From a virus (taxonomy: Duplodnaviria; Caudoviricetes), in IMG/VR virus record IMGVR_UViG_3300013105_000005, positions 12,376 through 76,375 of that record: a stretch of DNA of 64,000 nt. One strand, written 5' to 3'. Positions 26,126 through 35,704 of this stretch are shown one piece after another. Below the pieces are notes generated by a model that ran no database searches, was not told the origin of the DNA, and saw only the letters and a program-made list of their open reading frames with translations. How positions within the stretch are numbered: position 1 is the stretch's first letter; each line of letters opens with the position of its first letter. The translations under genes were made by a program, and so were the position numbers.

Positions 26126-26809
26126 CTAGACACCATCGATCTTGAGGATACGCGAAAACTCCTCTGGCATACTGGCATGCTTTCGACAATTGCAACTGCG
26201 GCAGGAAGGAACGAGATTAGCTACACAGTGCTTTCCCCCTTTGGCGAGCGGAATCTTGTGGTCAACATGCCGAAGTCTGCGCGGCACAGGACGACCGCAC
26301 CAATGGCAAAGGATAACGGATGATTCTCGTACCCAGAGATAGAAATCTGCGATAGACTTGGGATCGCCAACTGTCCGGATTTTTATTCGGCGATGACGAT
26401 TGATGACGTTCAGCAAGAACTTGGCGTAGTTTTTCCGGTACCATTCGCGATGGCGGACCTTTATCTTGTCGGCATGCAATCGCCATTTCTTTAATCCTTG
26501 AAGCCTGTACTTTTCTGGATTCCTCTTTCGGTCTAGTCGTCGCTCACGATTATATTTACCTCTTTCGCGATAGTACCGATCCCGCATGCGTTGTAGTTTT
26601 TGAGGTCGGTTTTCTGCATGCCGTTTTCTCCAATCGGATTTATGCGCATCGTAATATTGCTTGTGTCGTAGCTGAATCACCTCCTTGTTTTTGCGGTACA
26701 TTTTTCGGTGAAGCTTTTGTAAATATCGCTTCCGGTGTGGATCGTTTCTCCGCTTCGCTTCATAGGCTTGGTGATACGCCTTCCGCTTTTCTGGGTCTTT
26801 GTGTGGCAT
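26126..26809 (-). CDS. HNH endonuclease with long basic N-terminus
   Basis: CHWCG...HVDHKIPLAKGG.H...NLVPSCRSCN.RK. Confidence 0.9.
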   Translation of the reverse strand: MPHKDPEKRKAYHQAYEAKRRNDPHRKRYLQKLHRKMYRKNKEVIQLRHKQYYDAHKSDWRKRHAENRPQKLQRMRDRYYRERGKYNRERRLDRKRNPEKYRLQGLKKWRLHADKIKVRHREWYRKNYAKFLLNVINRHRRIKIRTVGDPKSIADFYLWVRESSVILCHWCGRPVPRRLRHVDHKIPLAKGGKHCVANLVPSCRSCNCRKHASMPEEFSRILKIDGV

Positions 26810-26817
26810 AGTGAATC

Positions 26818-27180
26818 TCAAGCTACCAGCAACCCCGCGCATTTCCGGCACAAACCAACGCCCGTACCTTCAGGAATCAGAATCCCAGTCTTGCACTTGA
26901 CGCAGCAGGTGTCGATGTATCCCGCTGGAACGGATGGATGACGCCGTTCCAACTCGGCTTGAGCCTCATCAATCATCACCTGCGGGTTATCGAATGCAGT
27001 CGGTTGCGGATCGGCGATAATCTGCCGGAGAATCTCATCGGTCACGTTGCGGAATCCAGGGTACTTCAGCGGCGGCTCGTTCTGTCCGCACCGCGTCAGT
27101 TCCTCTTGGCGGTCAATCTCGTCGTAAAACGCCTCAAGGTCCAGTTGCTCCAACGACGGAATGGGTGTAAAAGCTGACAT
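26818..27180 (-). CDS. Hypothetical protein with C-terminal Zn ribbon
   Basis: CVKC...CRKC; GGAGG RBS. Confidence 0.55.
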   Translation of the reverse strand: MSAFTPIPSLEQLDLEAFYDEIDRQEELTRCGQNEPPLKYPGFRNVTDEILRQIIADPQPTAFDNPQVMIDEAQAELERRHPSVPAGYIDTCCVKCKTGILIPEGTGVGLCRKCAGLLVA

Positions 27181-27249
27181 GCTTAAGCCTCCGAAATAGG
27201 TTTAGGCCACGCCGTCGGGTGTACCACCACCGCGACGGCATTTCTTTAA

Positions 27250-27330
27250 CTGACGTATATCATACGTAAAATATCTTCGCTTGCAAGCGCAAAATTTTAA
27301 GATTGCACGGAATCTTACGTAAGCTATACT
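27250..27330. promoter_or_regulatory. Divergent sigma70-like promoters with TACGTA-core operators
   Basis: Plus: TTGCAC...TATACT with CTTACGTAAG in the spacer; minus: TTGCAA...TATGAT overlapping TACGTA. Confidence 0.55.
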
Positions 27331-27336
27331 TGTGGC

Positions 27337-27534
27337 ATGCCACGGCCACGAAAACTGGACAGATCGCTCTACACCGCTACGATGCATCGACCACTCTTGG
27401 AGCGGCTTGACCTATTCGCCGAAAGAAACGGGCAGACAAGATCGGCTGCGATTGAAGATGCGGTATCGTGTTACTTGGAGCGGGAAGAGGCTAAGCAAAG
27501 CGGAAACATCAAAAGACGTGTAGCGCGTCAATAG
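27337..27534 (+). CDS. Ribbon-helix-helix (CopG-like) DNA-binding protein
   Basis: LERLDLFAERNGQTRSAAIEDAVSCYL. Confidence 0.75.
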   Translation: MPRPRKLDRSLYTATMHRPLLERLDLFAERNGQTRSAAIEDAVSCYLEREEAKQSGNIKRRVARQ

Positions 27535-27683
27535 CGAGATTCTTTGGGTCCAGATGGGGATTTAATCGAATCATCCGATTTTCTGGTTGCTGCATCCCTC
27601 ACGCCATCTCGGACCGCCAGACGAACAACGAAATACCCCAGTACCACGGCAATAGCCAATTCCACAAAGAATTCTGGCGTCAT
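27528..27683 (-). CDS. Small single-TM protein (51 aa)
   Basis: Manual translation MTPEFFVELAIAVVLGYFVVRLAVRDGVRDAA... Confidence 0.55.
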   Translation of the reverse strand: MTPEFFVELAIAVVLGYFVVRLAVRDGVRDAATRKSDDSIKSPSGPKESRY

Positions 27684-27725
27684 GGAAGTTCAAGTTAGCC
27701 CCCCAGCCACCTCGCGTCAATCAAA

Positions 27726-30164
27726 ATGAGTGCAGCCACCCCAGCAGGTGCCGTCAGCATCGCGTTTCAACCGGAAACCTCAACGGTTGACGCTTACTTA
27801 GAAAATCTGCGCAAAGGCGTAGATGTCCCCCTGCGCGCCAAGTGGATCGGACCCAGCGGAGAACCTACGCCACCAGCTTCGGCGCAAGTATCCACGCCTG
27901 CGCCAACTACCTTTTCTTCGGCGCGTGACAATTACGTTGGTCCTTCTGGCACTGGCTCATTCACCGGCCCAGCGGGATTGGCGTTTACGGCGGGACAAGG
28001 ATTTTCGGTTGAACCGGAATCGCCAGAGGATCGAGCGGCCACCAAAACCATCGGGCCAATTCCGCCGAAGGTTGAGCCATCGCGTGCCGTATTGGACCTC
28101 GGCTCTGCCTTGACCGTAGCCGAGCAAAAAGCGCGTTCCATGAAAGAGGCGGCGGCGGGGCCAATCGACGTTGCCGGCGTAAACGAGTCTTCATCGCACG
28201 AAGGAGTGAGTCTGGCCTCTTCAGTTGGCGCGGTGCCGCCAGCATTGACCGCAGCGGCAGACCGAATGTTGCGCGCTGCAGAGCAGATGGAACGCGCCGC
28301 TGGATTGCAGGAACGATCATCGCAGCGGCGGGAATCTTCTTACACGCCAGAGCAGAGAGAGCAGCAAGTTGTTTCGGCGCGGTTGCAGCGGAGAGCAGCC
28401 CGCGACCTGGGCATCAGCAGCGCGGAAGCAACCGCACTTGGCATTCCCGAATCGGAGAAAGAAGAGGAGGAGGGGGCAGAGCCAATTGCTCGACCGCGTG
28501 GCCGTGGCGGCATGCCGTTCATGCTTCCACGAGGTCCGCGTTCGATATTCGCTCAAGGCGGCAGGGCACTTAGCCGTCGCTTCGGCGGGGCCGGCGCATT
28601 CGCCGCTGCCTATGTGGGCTATGAAGCTTATCAGGGCGCAAATGAACTGGTAACCGAATACAACCAGCGGCGCGTTGCCCAATTGACGGGACAAAATATT
28701 TTTCAGCAGGCCGGAAGAATCCGCGAAGAAGCATCGGACTTGCGTGGTGGGAATCTGGTCAACTTCGGCATCACGCGGAGCATGGAGTTTATCAGCGACC
28801 AGCTTGGATCTGCTGGCGTGAATGCTCCTGAGTTTCTTACCCGCGCCCGTTCCGCCGAAAGTTATTACGCCAGTATTGAACGCGCGGGAGGCGAGCGAGA
28901 TTTCCTGCATGCCAGCCGCCGCGAAGAAGTTTTGCGCAACCGAGCGATCCGCGAGGCTGGTGAGGTCAACCCATTTGCTCGCGAACGCCTGAATATCCAG
29001 ACACAGGCCGTCGAAGCCACGCAAGGCATAAGCGAGCGGTACAACGCTGAATTACTCAAGTACAACGACGTGAACGATCCGCAACAGCGGATGCGTGACG
29101 AACTTGAAAAAGAAAGAGCGGAAGCGCTAAAGCGAAACGATGACTTGTATCAGGCGCGCCTGCGCGGACAGCAACGCGACGAATCCGCCCAATATCGCGC
29201 CCAAGCCTACACCAGCCGGGGCCAGACCATCGCCAATGCCGCCCGATTGCGTGGCGACGTGCAAGGCGCATTATCCGCCGAAGCTTTCGGCGCTTACCAA
29301 TCCTTCCGAGCCACCGAAGCCCAGCGGTACGATCTGACTACACCAGAGGGCAGTCGCGCACGCGATACCGCCCTCGAAAACCTCGCATCGAACTACAACA
29401 CACAGGGCCAGCTTGCGCGGCAATCCGAGCAATCCCAGCGCATCAGCATGGCCGGCGAAAGCGAATCGCTTGGCTTTGCCATTGCCCGCCGTCCGTTGCA
29501 GGCGCAGATTGCCGCGATCCAGTCGCAGACCCAAGCAGCCATCAACGAGGAGCACCGTCCCGAATTTGTGCAGCGGATTTTTGAGGAGGGAGAACAGCGC
29601 AAGCAACTGGCGGCGCAGGAATACAACGACCGCCAGCAGATGCAGCTTTTCTCCCTGCGCTCACAAACTGAACGATTCAATATCGAAGCGGGCCTGACGC
29701 CACAATCGCAGGGCCAGACCTTGCCGACGCGGCGCGTCTTGGAAGAGATTCAGGACATTACTTCAGGCACCGAAGCCGAGCGCCGACTGCTGGTGATTGA
29801 AGGCGCACCGGATGATCTATTGCATGCCAATGCGCAACGCGGACGCGCCCAGCTTGCGGCATTTCGCTCGCGCCTGACCGAATCTCAACGCGGCACCGAG
29901 ATTGACCCCTTCGCACAATCGGCGACGGGCATCGGAACTTTGGATATCGGCAGCATCCAAAAAAGGATTGCGGCGGCGTTCAAAGATGTAAGCCGCGAGG
30001 ATCGCAATCCTGGCGACAACGCGAGTATTTCAAATTCCGGCGGCGCTGGCGCAAACGTCGGGCAAAACGTACAGCAAATTCAGCAGGTTCTGGCGCAAAG
30101 TCTTCAAGTTCAGCAGCAGCTTTACGATCTCTGGCGAGGGCTTGGCCCCGTCGTTTCCGCATAG
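27726..30164 (+). CDS. Tape measure protein
   Basis: 812 aa, helical A/E/Q/R-rich, central hydrophobic patch, follows the chaperone. Confidence 0.75.
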   Translation: MSAATPAGAVSIAFQPETSTVDAYLENLRKGVDVPLRAKWIGPSGEPTPPASAQVSTPAPTTFSSARDNYVGPSGTGSFTGPAGLAFTAGQGFSVEPESPEDRAATKTIGPIPPKVEPSRAVLDLGSALTVAEQKARSMKEAAAGPIDVAGVNESSSHEGVSLASSVGAVPPALTAAADRMLRAAEQMERAAGLQERSSQRRESSYTPEQREQQVVSARLQRRAARDLGISSAEATALGIPESEKEEEEGAEPIARPRGRGGMPFMLPRGPRSIFAQGGRALSRRFGGAGAFAAAYVGYEAYQGANELVTEYNQRRVAQLTGQNIFQQAGRIREEASDLRGGNLVNFGITRSMEFISDQLGSAGVNAPEFLTRARSAESYYASIERAGGERDFLHASRREEVLRNRAIREAGEVNPFARERLNIQTQAVEATQGISERYNAELLKYNDVNDPQQRMRDELEKERAEALKRNDDLYQARLRGQQRDESAQYRAQAYTSRGQTIANAARLRGDVQGALSAEAFGAYQSFRATEAQRYDLTTPEGSRARDTALENLASNYNTQGQLARQSEQSQRISMAGESESLGFAIARRPLQAQIAAIQSQTQAAINEEHRPEFVQRIFEEGEQRKQLAAQEYNDRQQMQLFSLRSQTERFNIEAGLTPQSQGQTLPTRRVLEEIQDITSGTEAERRLLVIEGAPDDLLHANAQRGRAQLAAFRSRLTESQRGTEIDPFAQSATGIGTLDIGSIQKRIAAAFKDVSREDRNPGDNASISNSGGAGANVGQNVQQIQQVLAQSLQVQQQLYDLWRGLGPVVSA

Positions 30165-30191
30165 CCGCGCTCCCTTCACCCAAAAACTAAA

Positions 30192-31082
30192 ATGGCCACA
30201 GCCGTAGCGGACATCGTTCATCCCGCCGCTTACATCGAGCAGCACGTTGAAATCGGCAACGTCGTTTATCAGGCTACGCGCGTGTTCAGCGTTACCGGCC
30301 TTTCGGCAGACGGGCCGGCCAATACGCTGCAATCCCGCGCCCAGCGCACCGCCGGAATCCCGAAAGTTGGCGATGCCCACCCCGATTCGGTGCCCGCGTC
30401 ATTTGGCTGCGTCGTGCGCGGCATTCGTACCCAGCCCATCCCGCAGAGTGATGATGCGTGTTACGTCTATGTGGACTACTGGACGGTCATCCCGCAGTTT
30501 CAAGGCGGCGTCGGCATCATCTCGATAGAGCGCGATACAAATTTGTCCTTTGAGACTGGCGATCGTCACTACGGAAGCGGCCAGCAAATCCTTATCAACC
30601 CGCCGCGAAACAAAGGCGGTACGAAAACGCTGGCCGGCTCGCCTGTCCCTGGCTCTCGCTCGTTTGGCCTGCCACTGCGCCGCATGATCATTCGCGCCGC
30701 AGTAGTGCCGCAGAATCTTGCATCCATCGAAGTGCAGGTTGGCACCGTTAACGGCGACAGCACCTGGTTTGGGCTTCAGCGCGGATACTGGAGATTCGAC
30801 AGCTTCCGTGATGTGTATCAACTCGGCACCGGCAACATCGTCGTTGAAGCGGAATTTTTGACCCGCAATACCCGCAACTGGCACACCTTCACGGTTCGCA
30901 CCAGCGAAATCAACGGGGAGATTATTGCTGTGAATACGCAGGACATGACCGCCGCCATGCAAGCCTCTTACGTCTATGGCATCCAGCAATTTCCTGGCAT
31001 AACGGTTGTCGGGGATTACCCTGCGGTCACCTTTGGACCCGGCGGGTTGTTCGGCATCAGCAAGAATCCATTCCTTCCCTAA
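30192..31082 (+). CDS. Putative distal tail/hub protein
   Basis: Position directly after the tape measure gene. Confidence 0.5.
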   Translation: MATAVADIVHPAAYIEQHVEIGNVVYQATRVFSVTGLSADGPANTLQSRAQRTAGIPKVGDAHPDSVPASFGCVVRGIRTQPIPQSDDACYVYVDYWTVIPQFQGGVGIISIERDTNLSFETGDRHYGSGQQILINPPRNKGGTKTLAGSPVPGSRSFGLPLRRMIIRAAVVPQNLASIEVQVGTVNGDSTWFGLQRGYWRFDSFRDVYQLGTGNIVVEAEFLTRNTRNWHTFTVRTSEINGEIIAVNTQDMTAAMQASYVYGIQQFPGITVVGDYPAVTFGPGGLFGISKNPFLP

Positions 31083-31822
31083 TGGCCGAAGTCTCTCTTA
31101 AATCCCTAACCGATTGGCCTACCGGCAAAAATGTTTTGCCGAAGGGTTCGCACTTGCAGGAGAGCGTCGATGCCCTGCGCGAGATCGCCAACGCCAGCGG
31201 CTATGACCTGCGCCACCACCGCAAGACCATCACCGCCGATTGGAAGCTCGGCAAGATCGTCGCCGCTGGCCCAAACAATGAAGCCGACTACGACGACGAG
31301 CGCTATTGGATAGAGCTGCAAGCCATCTCCGACGCCGACCCCACCGACACGCTGCAAGTCGAGGTAGACGACTCCGAACCGTACGTTGACAACAGCGGAA
31401 ATCCCAAGCCGATCATCACCGCGACAAACCTTTTCGAGTTTCTTGACAGCTCGCACCAACTCGCCACCGATCGCCTCGTTTGGGTGAAAGGAAAACTCGA
31501 CCTCGGCCAGCCGCAGCAAATCCACTGGCAATTCGAGGCAAGCCCGCCGCGCCCATTCTTCGTGGTCCTCGTCACAGACGGCGGTGCCAACGCTGCCACG
31601 CCGACGGGCGTAGCCACCTACACCTATACCGCCAAGACGCCCGACTCCCTTGTGGTCATCGCCACCGGGCTTAGTCCCGTGAATAGCTTCAACCCATCCA
31701 CGAACCGAGAGCAAGGTGTCTTGACTGGCCCGGCGACGTGCGGGGAATTGCGGCGCAATCCAGACGGATCATATTCCATCATCTCCTGCAACGAGCGCCG
31801 CGCCCTGATTCTCTGCCCGTGA
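31082..31822 (+). CDS. Putative tail tip protein
   Basis: Coupled to upstream tail gene. Confidence 0.5.
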   Translation: MAEVSLKSLTDWPTGKNVLPKGSHLQESVDALREIANASGYDLRHHRKTITADWKLGKIVAAGPNNEADYDDERYWIELQAISDADPTDTLQVEVDDSEPYVDNSGNPKPIITATNLFEFLDSSHQLATDRLVWVKGKLDLGQPQQIHWQFEASPPRPFFVVLVTDGGANAATPTGVATYTYTAKTPDSLVVIATGLSPVNSFNPSTNREQGVLTGPATCGELRRNPDGSYSIISCNERRALILCP

Positions 31823-32592
31823 CCGCCTTCCCCTCCATCTACATCCCGCGCCGTCCGCGCATCCTCACTGCCGCCGAGTATGCCGCCAGCAAGCTCCGTC
31901 AGGCCGGCAACGCGGCGCTGGACAAGGCCAAGCGACTTCGCGCCAGCCTCGGCACCCTCATGGCCCAAGGCGGCTTTGCGGGCGCTGGCGGGGAGTACGT
32001 CAATGCTGGCGGTGCGATCGTCGGCGACACGGCGAACTGCGGGGCGTGCCCGTGCGGGAGCGGGAGCGGCGGTTGCCCCGATGGCTGCGCGTTGCCCTTC
32101 GGGTTTCTTTTGACGTTCGCTGGGGGCGACGCAACGGGTGGATGCGATTCGAGCAACACGTTCGCCTACGCCGGCTCGATGGATGGTGTATCGCTATGTG
32201 TCAACGCGCTTGGCACCATCATGGGCGTGGCCGGATGTGACGGAGCGCCATGCTGCTACGCATTTTGTGACGCAGTTCCTTTCTATTTGACGGGATGTGG
32301 ACTTGGTGGGGTCGGCGGAGCCCCGACCGGAAACAACCGTTTCAATTTAGTACTTAGGCGAGTTGTCGGAGGCTGGCGGATCAACTTTTATCCCGGTTGC
32401 AGCGCTTGTATTGGAGCAACTGGCTTCGGACAGTTTTGGTCCGATTGGTCCAGCGTCGATTATTCGATGTTTGTTGCATCGGATTGCACGAGTACTTGCA
32501 CTCTCAGTCTTCCTGCGTTGACATTTGCTCCGACCGACGGTTCGGTTTTGGCGACTGCCGCCACAGTCACGATCACGCCGGGGGGATGCTGA
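31819..32592 (+). CDS. Cys/Gly-rich putative tail tip protein
   Basis: 17 Cys counted in about 257 aa; GTGA overlap start. Confidence 0.55.
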   Translation: MTAFPSIYIPRRPRILTAAEYAASKLRQAGNAALDKAKRLRASLGTLMAQGGFAGAGGEYVNAGGAIVGDTANCGACPCGSGSGGCPDGCALPFGFLLTFAGGDATGGCDSSNTFAYAGSMDGVSLCVNALGTIMGVAGCDGAPCCYAFCDAVPFYLTGCGLGGVGGAPTGNNRFNLVLRRVVGGWRINFYPGCSACIGATGFGQFWSDWSSVDYSMFVASDCTSTCTLSLPALTFAPTDGSVLATAATVTITPGGC

Positions 32593-34085
32593 TGCTTGCC
32601 AAGCCGATTGAGATTTGCCACCACTGCTATCTGCATCAATTCCGCCCCGCCGAATCGAAGATAGTTTGCCTCGCCACGCCCGCCGAAAACAATATCGTCA
32701 CCCAATCCCGCCTCGGCTGCCCCCACGGCCTGCACACCCATCCCCTCCCCCAGCACACCACCCCGCCCGCCGAACTATCCCTTCCCGGCGAATCCGATAC
32801 CGACCGCCTCTTCCGCGCCGCCTGGCGCACCCTTCACCGCCGCCCCGGCACGCTCCCCGAAGACTTCGACCGCGAAGCCGAGCGGCGATGGCTGGCGTTC
32901 CTGCCACTGAACATCCCCAAGAAATGCGGCTGCAAGGTGACGCCCGCCACAGTGATGCAAGCGGCCAAGGTGGGCGCTGCGCGGGCCTGGTGGGCATGGG
33001 CGCTCGAGCAATTCCCCATCGACCTGACTTCGCGGCGGACCTATCACGATTCGCTCTGCCGAATCCACAACGCCAAGAACGCGGAACTGGACAAGCCGCA
33101 ACTGACGCCGGCCCATTCGGCGCGGGTTCATGGATGCCTGCATCTGTTTGACCCGGAAGAAATCGCCGAAGACGTGGAGCAAACCGGGCCTGTCGGCGTG
33201 TACCTCAATGCCGATTGGGGGCTTGGCGATGCAGTGTGCCTTACGGCTTCGCTGAGGGACGCTGCGGCGGCATACCCCTCTGAGTACGAGTTTTTCCTTT
33301 CGACGCCCTATGGTGACGTATTCCGCAATCTGCCGGGGGTCTACGTGGGAACCAAGGCGGCGGGGGAGCGATTGCCAGAGATACGGTCGCGGCTGAACGG
33401 GCCGCACCACGGAGAGATACACCTGATTGACTTCCTGCGCGATAAGCTGTCGGCCATCCTGGGGCGGAAGATCCCGCCGGGACCGCAGAAGCCGCACCTG
33501 GTGCTCGGGCAGGACGAGACGATTTCCCCGCCGGTCGCCGGTCGGTATTGGGTGCTGAGTTGCGGGCATCGCGTCGATATCACCGCGAAAAGCTGGCCGG
33601 CGGAGAACTGGCAGGCCGTCATCAGTGCCCTACCCGACGTGCAATTTGTCCGCGTAGGTCAGACCTGCAAATGGGACGTACAGCCGCCGCTATCGGGCAT
33701 CGCCGCCGACCTGACCGGGAAGACCAGCATCCGCGATCTTATCCGGCTCATCGGACACCCCAACTGCATCGGCGTGCTTGGCGGTGAGTCTTCCGCCATT
33801 CACATTGCCGCTGGATTCGGGAAGCGCATGGTCTGTATTGCCGGCGACAGGATGCTCAAGGCGGCGGTGTGCTATGAAGGGGAAGATTACCTGGGCGACA
33901 ACGGCTTTGCCTGTACCGGATGCGTCAAGTATCGCGTGAAGCCGCTGGCCATCCCCGACGATCAGTGGCCGCACCATGACAGGAGTCTGTGCGTGCTGCC
34001 GTTGGAACGTGGATTCGCGTCCTGCATGGAAGCGGTTAAGCCAGCCGACGTAATTGCCCGTATTGCGAGTGCCCCGCATGGATGA
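32586..34085 (+). CDS. Fusion of Cys-rich N-terminus, ERV/ALR sulfhydryl-oxidase-like domain and family 9 glycosyltransferase
   Basis: W..LH...P..CGC...DL.SR...C..HN..N..L.KP; GLGDAV...KSWP.E.W...DLTGKTSIRDL...SSAIHIAAGFGK. Confidence 0.78.
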   Translation: MLMLAKPIEICHHCYLHQFRPAESKIVCLATPAENNIVTQSRLGCPHGLHTHPLPQHTTPPAELSLPGESDTDRLFRAAWRTLHRRPGTLPEDFDREAERRWLAFLPLNIPKKCGCKVTPATVMQAAKVGAARAWWAWALEQFPIDLTSRRTYHDSLCRIHNAKNAELDKPQLTPAHSARVHGCLHLFDPEEIAEDVEQTGPVGVYLNADWGLGDAVCLTASLRDAAAAYPSEYEFFLSTPYGDVFRNLPGVYVGTKAAGERLPEIRSRLNGPHHGEIHLIDFLRDKLSAILGRKIPPGPQKPHLVLGQDETISPPVAGRYWVLSCGHRVDITAKSWPAENWQAVISALPDVQFVRVGQTCKWDVQPPLSGIAADLTGKTSIRDLIRLIGHPNCIGVLGGESSAIHIAAGFGKRMVCIAGDRMLKAAVCYEGEDYLGDNGFACTGCVKYRVKPLAIPDDQWPHHDRSLCVLPLERGFASCMEAVKPADVIARIASAPHG

Positions 34086-34692
34086 AATTTCAATAGACCC
34101 CGCAGGCGTTCAGATCGTCGAACCTGTCGCACGCGATGGGAACGTATCGGAATCTGAATTGAGGATTCTCTCCAAGCTGGCACAGGGCAGAGAGTCTTTG
34201 TTGGAAATCGGCACATTTGACGGACGCACCACCGTTAATCTCGCCATCCATTGCGCGCCGCATGGTCGCGTATGGACGCTGGACCTTCCCGCTGGGCAGA
34301 CGCCCGTATTTACATCGCACCCCGCAGACCTGAATTACATCCATGCGGAGAAGCCGCCCCGATGGCTGAAGTACCAGGATGCGGCCATGAAGATCACTGC
34401 GCTGGCCGGCGATTCCGCGTCCTACGACTTCGGCACCCTGAGATTCGACTTCATTTTCGTTGACGGCTGCCACGCCGCCGATTGCGTCAGGAGCGACACC
34501 TACCGAATGCTTTCCTTAATTCTTCCGGGCGGCATTTGTCTGTGGCACGATTACGGGGGATGCTTCCGCAGCGTCACGGGCGTTCTGGATGATATGGCCC
34601 GGTTCCTGCCGATGAGGCGCATTGAGGGAACGTCGCTGGTGGTGTACCAGTGCCGCCACAATCCCGATTGGAACGCATTGGCTTCCCCCTGA
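34078..34692 (+). CDS. Class I SAM-dependent methyltransferase (Methyltransf_24-like)
   Basis: LEIGTFDG.T, FDFIFVDG.H, GG...WHDY. Confidence 0.88.
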   Translation: MDEISIDPAGVQIVEPVARDGNVSESELRILSKLAQGRESLLEIGTFDGRTTVNLAIHCAPHGRVWTLDLPAGQTPVFTSHPADLNYIHAEKPPRWLKYQDAAMKITALAGDSASYDFGTLRFDFIFVDGCHAADCVRSDTYRMLSLILPGGICLWHDYGGCFRSVTGVLDDMARFLPMRRIEGTSLVVYQCRHNPDWNALASP

Positions 34693-34845
34693 GCCCCGGA
34701 ATGTCCTCTACGCGATCCACGTACATATGCCCGCACCGCCACGCCGTATCGAACGATGATCGCCACGCGGCAATGTAGCCGTAGCGTCCGACGGCGTAGC
34801 CCAGCGCGAAGCCACGATACTTGATGCCAAGCGGCGTGACGCTTA

Positions 34846-35028
34846 TCACGGGTTCTCCTTCATCTTGAACGACTCCCGCCACTCGACACGCTTCCGCAGC
34901 TCCGCATTCTCCGCGCGCAGGTGGCGGACTTCGACGATGAGCAAGCACGCCTGAAAAGAGTAGGGGTCGCTCTTGCACTGTAGCCGCATTTCCAGTTCCT
35001 CCAGTTCCGCATCGGTCAGGTCCGGCAT
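34846..35028 (-). CDS. Hypothetical coiled-coil protein
   Basis: MPDLTDAELEEL...LRAENAELR; typical small early gene. Confidence 0.5.
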   Translation of the reverse strand: MPDLTDAELEELEMRLQCKSDPYSFQACLLIVEVRHLRAENAELRKRVEWRESFKMKENP

Positions 35029-35465
35029 GGTGACTCCTTCGCGATATAGATTAGTGCGGCGCGACATATCGCCAGTGGTAATGTTTCCCCGTCTAAAACT
35101 TCCCCGCCAAAATCGCAGGCCCAGAAGTTCGGCTCCAACTTGTCGAACTGGATGAACACGGAGTACCCCCTCTTCATCATCGCCTCCACAACGCCGAACG
35201 CCGCGGCTATGTCGCTCGACACCTTCGGCGCTTCCACCCACCCACTGAATGTCCAGTCCTTAAACCTTTCGGACTCGTCAGGCCATCCGGCAAACGGTCC
35301 GTGTGTGCCGTCTTCTACGGACGGATGATTCGGTGGAACCAGCGAGCACGCCTTAGCCTGCTTGTACAGCCACCAGCGCCAGCCGCAGACGTGGACGAGC
35401 ACGCGGGCGTCAAGCTCGCGCCCGGCTGGCATGGCTTCGATTTGGGCGGGGGTGAGGTCGGTCAT
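35016..35465 (-). CDS. Phage hypothetical protein (ABA-sandwich-like)
   Basis: GRELDA.V...SSDIAAAF.VVE...LAICRAAL pattern. Confidence 0.55.
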   Translation of the reverse strand: MTDLTPAQIEAMPAGRELDARVLVHVCGWRWWLYKQAKACSLVPPNHPSVEDGTHGPFAGWPDESERFKDWTFSGWVEAPKVSSDIAAAFGVVEAMMKRGYSVFIQFDKLEPNFWACDFGGEVLDGETLPLAICRAALIYIAKESPCRT

Positions 35466-35704
35466 CGTGTTCCTTTTTCCGCTGCCAGCCCCGGATTCAA
35501 GATCACCAGATTCCGGCACGCATGAACGAACTGCTCGCGCGACATCAACCCATCGCGCCATTCCAGCGTCAGTTGCATCAGCGTCGCGTTCCCGCTCCGC
35601 ACTGCCTTCGCCGGGTCAATCCCAGCTTCGCGCATCGCGGCGATGGCAATGTCCGCCACTCGGTTGCGGATTTCGATGGTCTGTCTGGGCAGGCGTTCGG
35701 TCAT
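35462..35704 (-). CDS. Hypothetical protein
   Basis: Coupled ORF in the early operon. Confidence 0.5.
   Translation of the reverse strand: MTERLPRQTIEIRNRVADIAIAAMREAGIDPAKAVRSGNATLMQLTLEWRDGLMSREQFVHACRNLVILNPGLAAEKGTR

Noticed and set aside
22017-32592. Contractile tail / Mu-like transposable phage
   Set aside because: Head genes are Mu-like, but no sheath, baseplate wedge or DDE transposase was recognised
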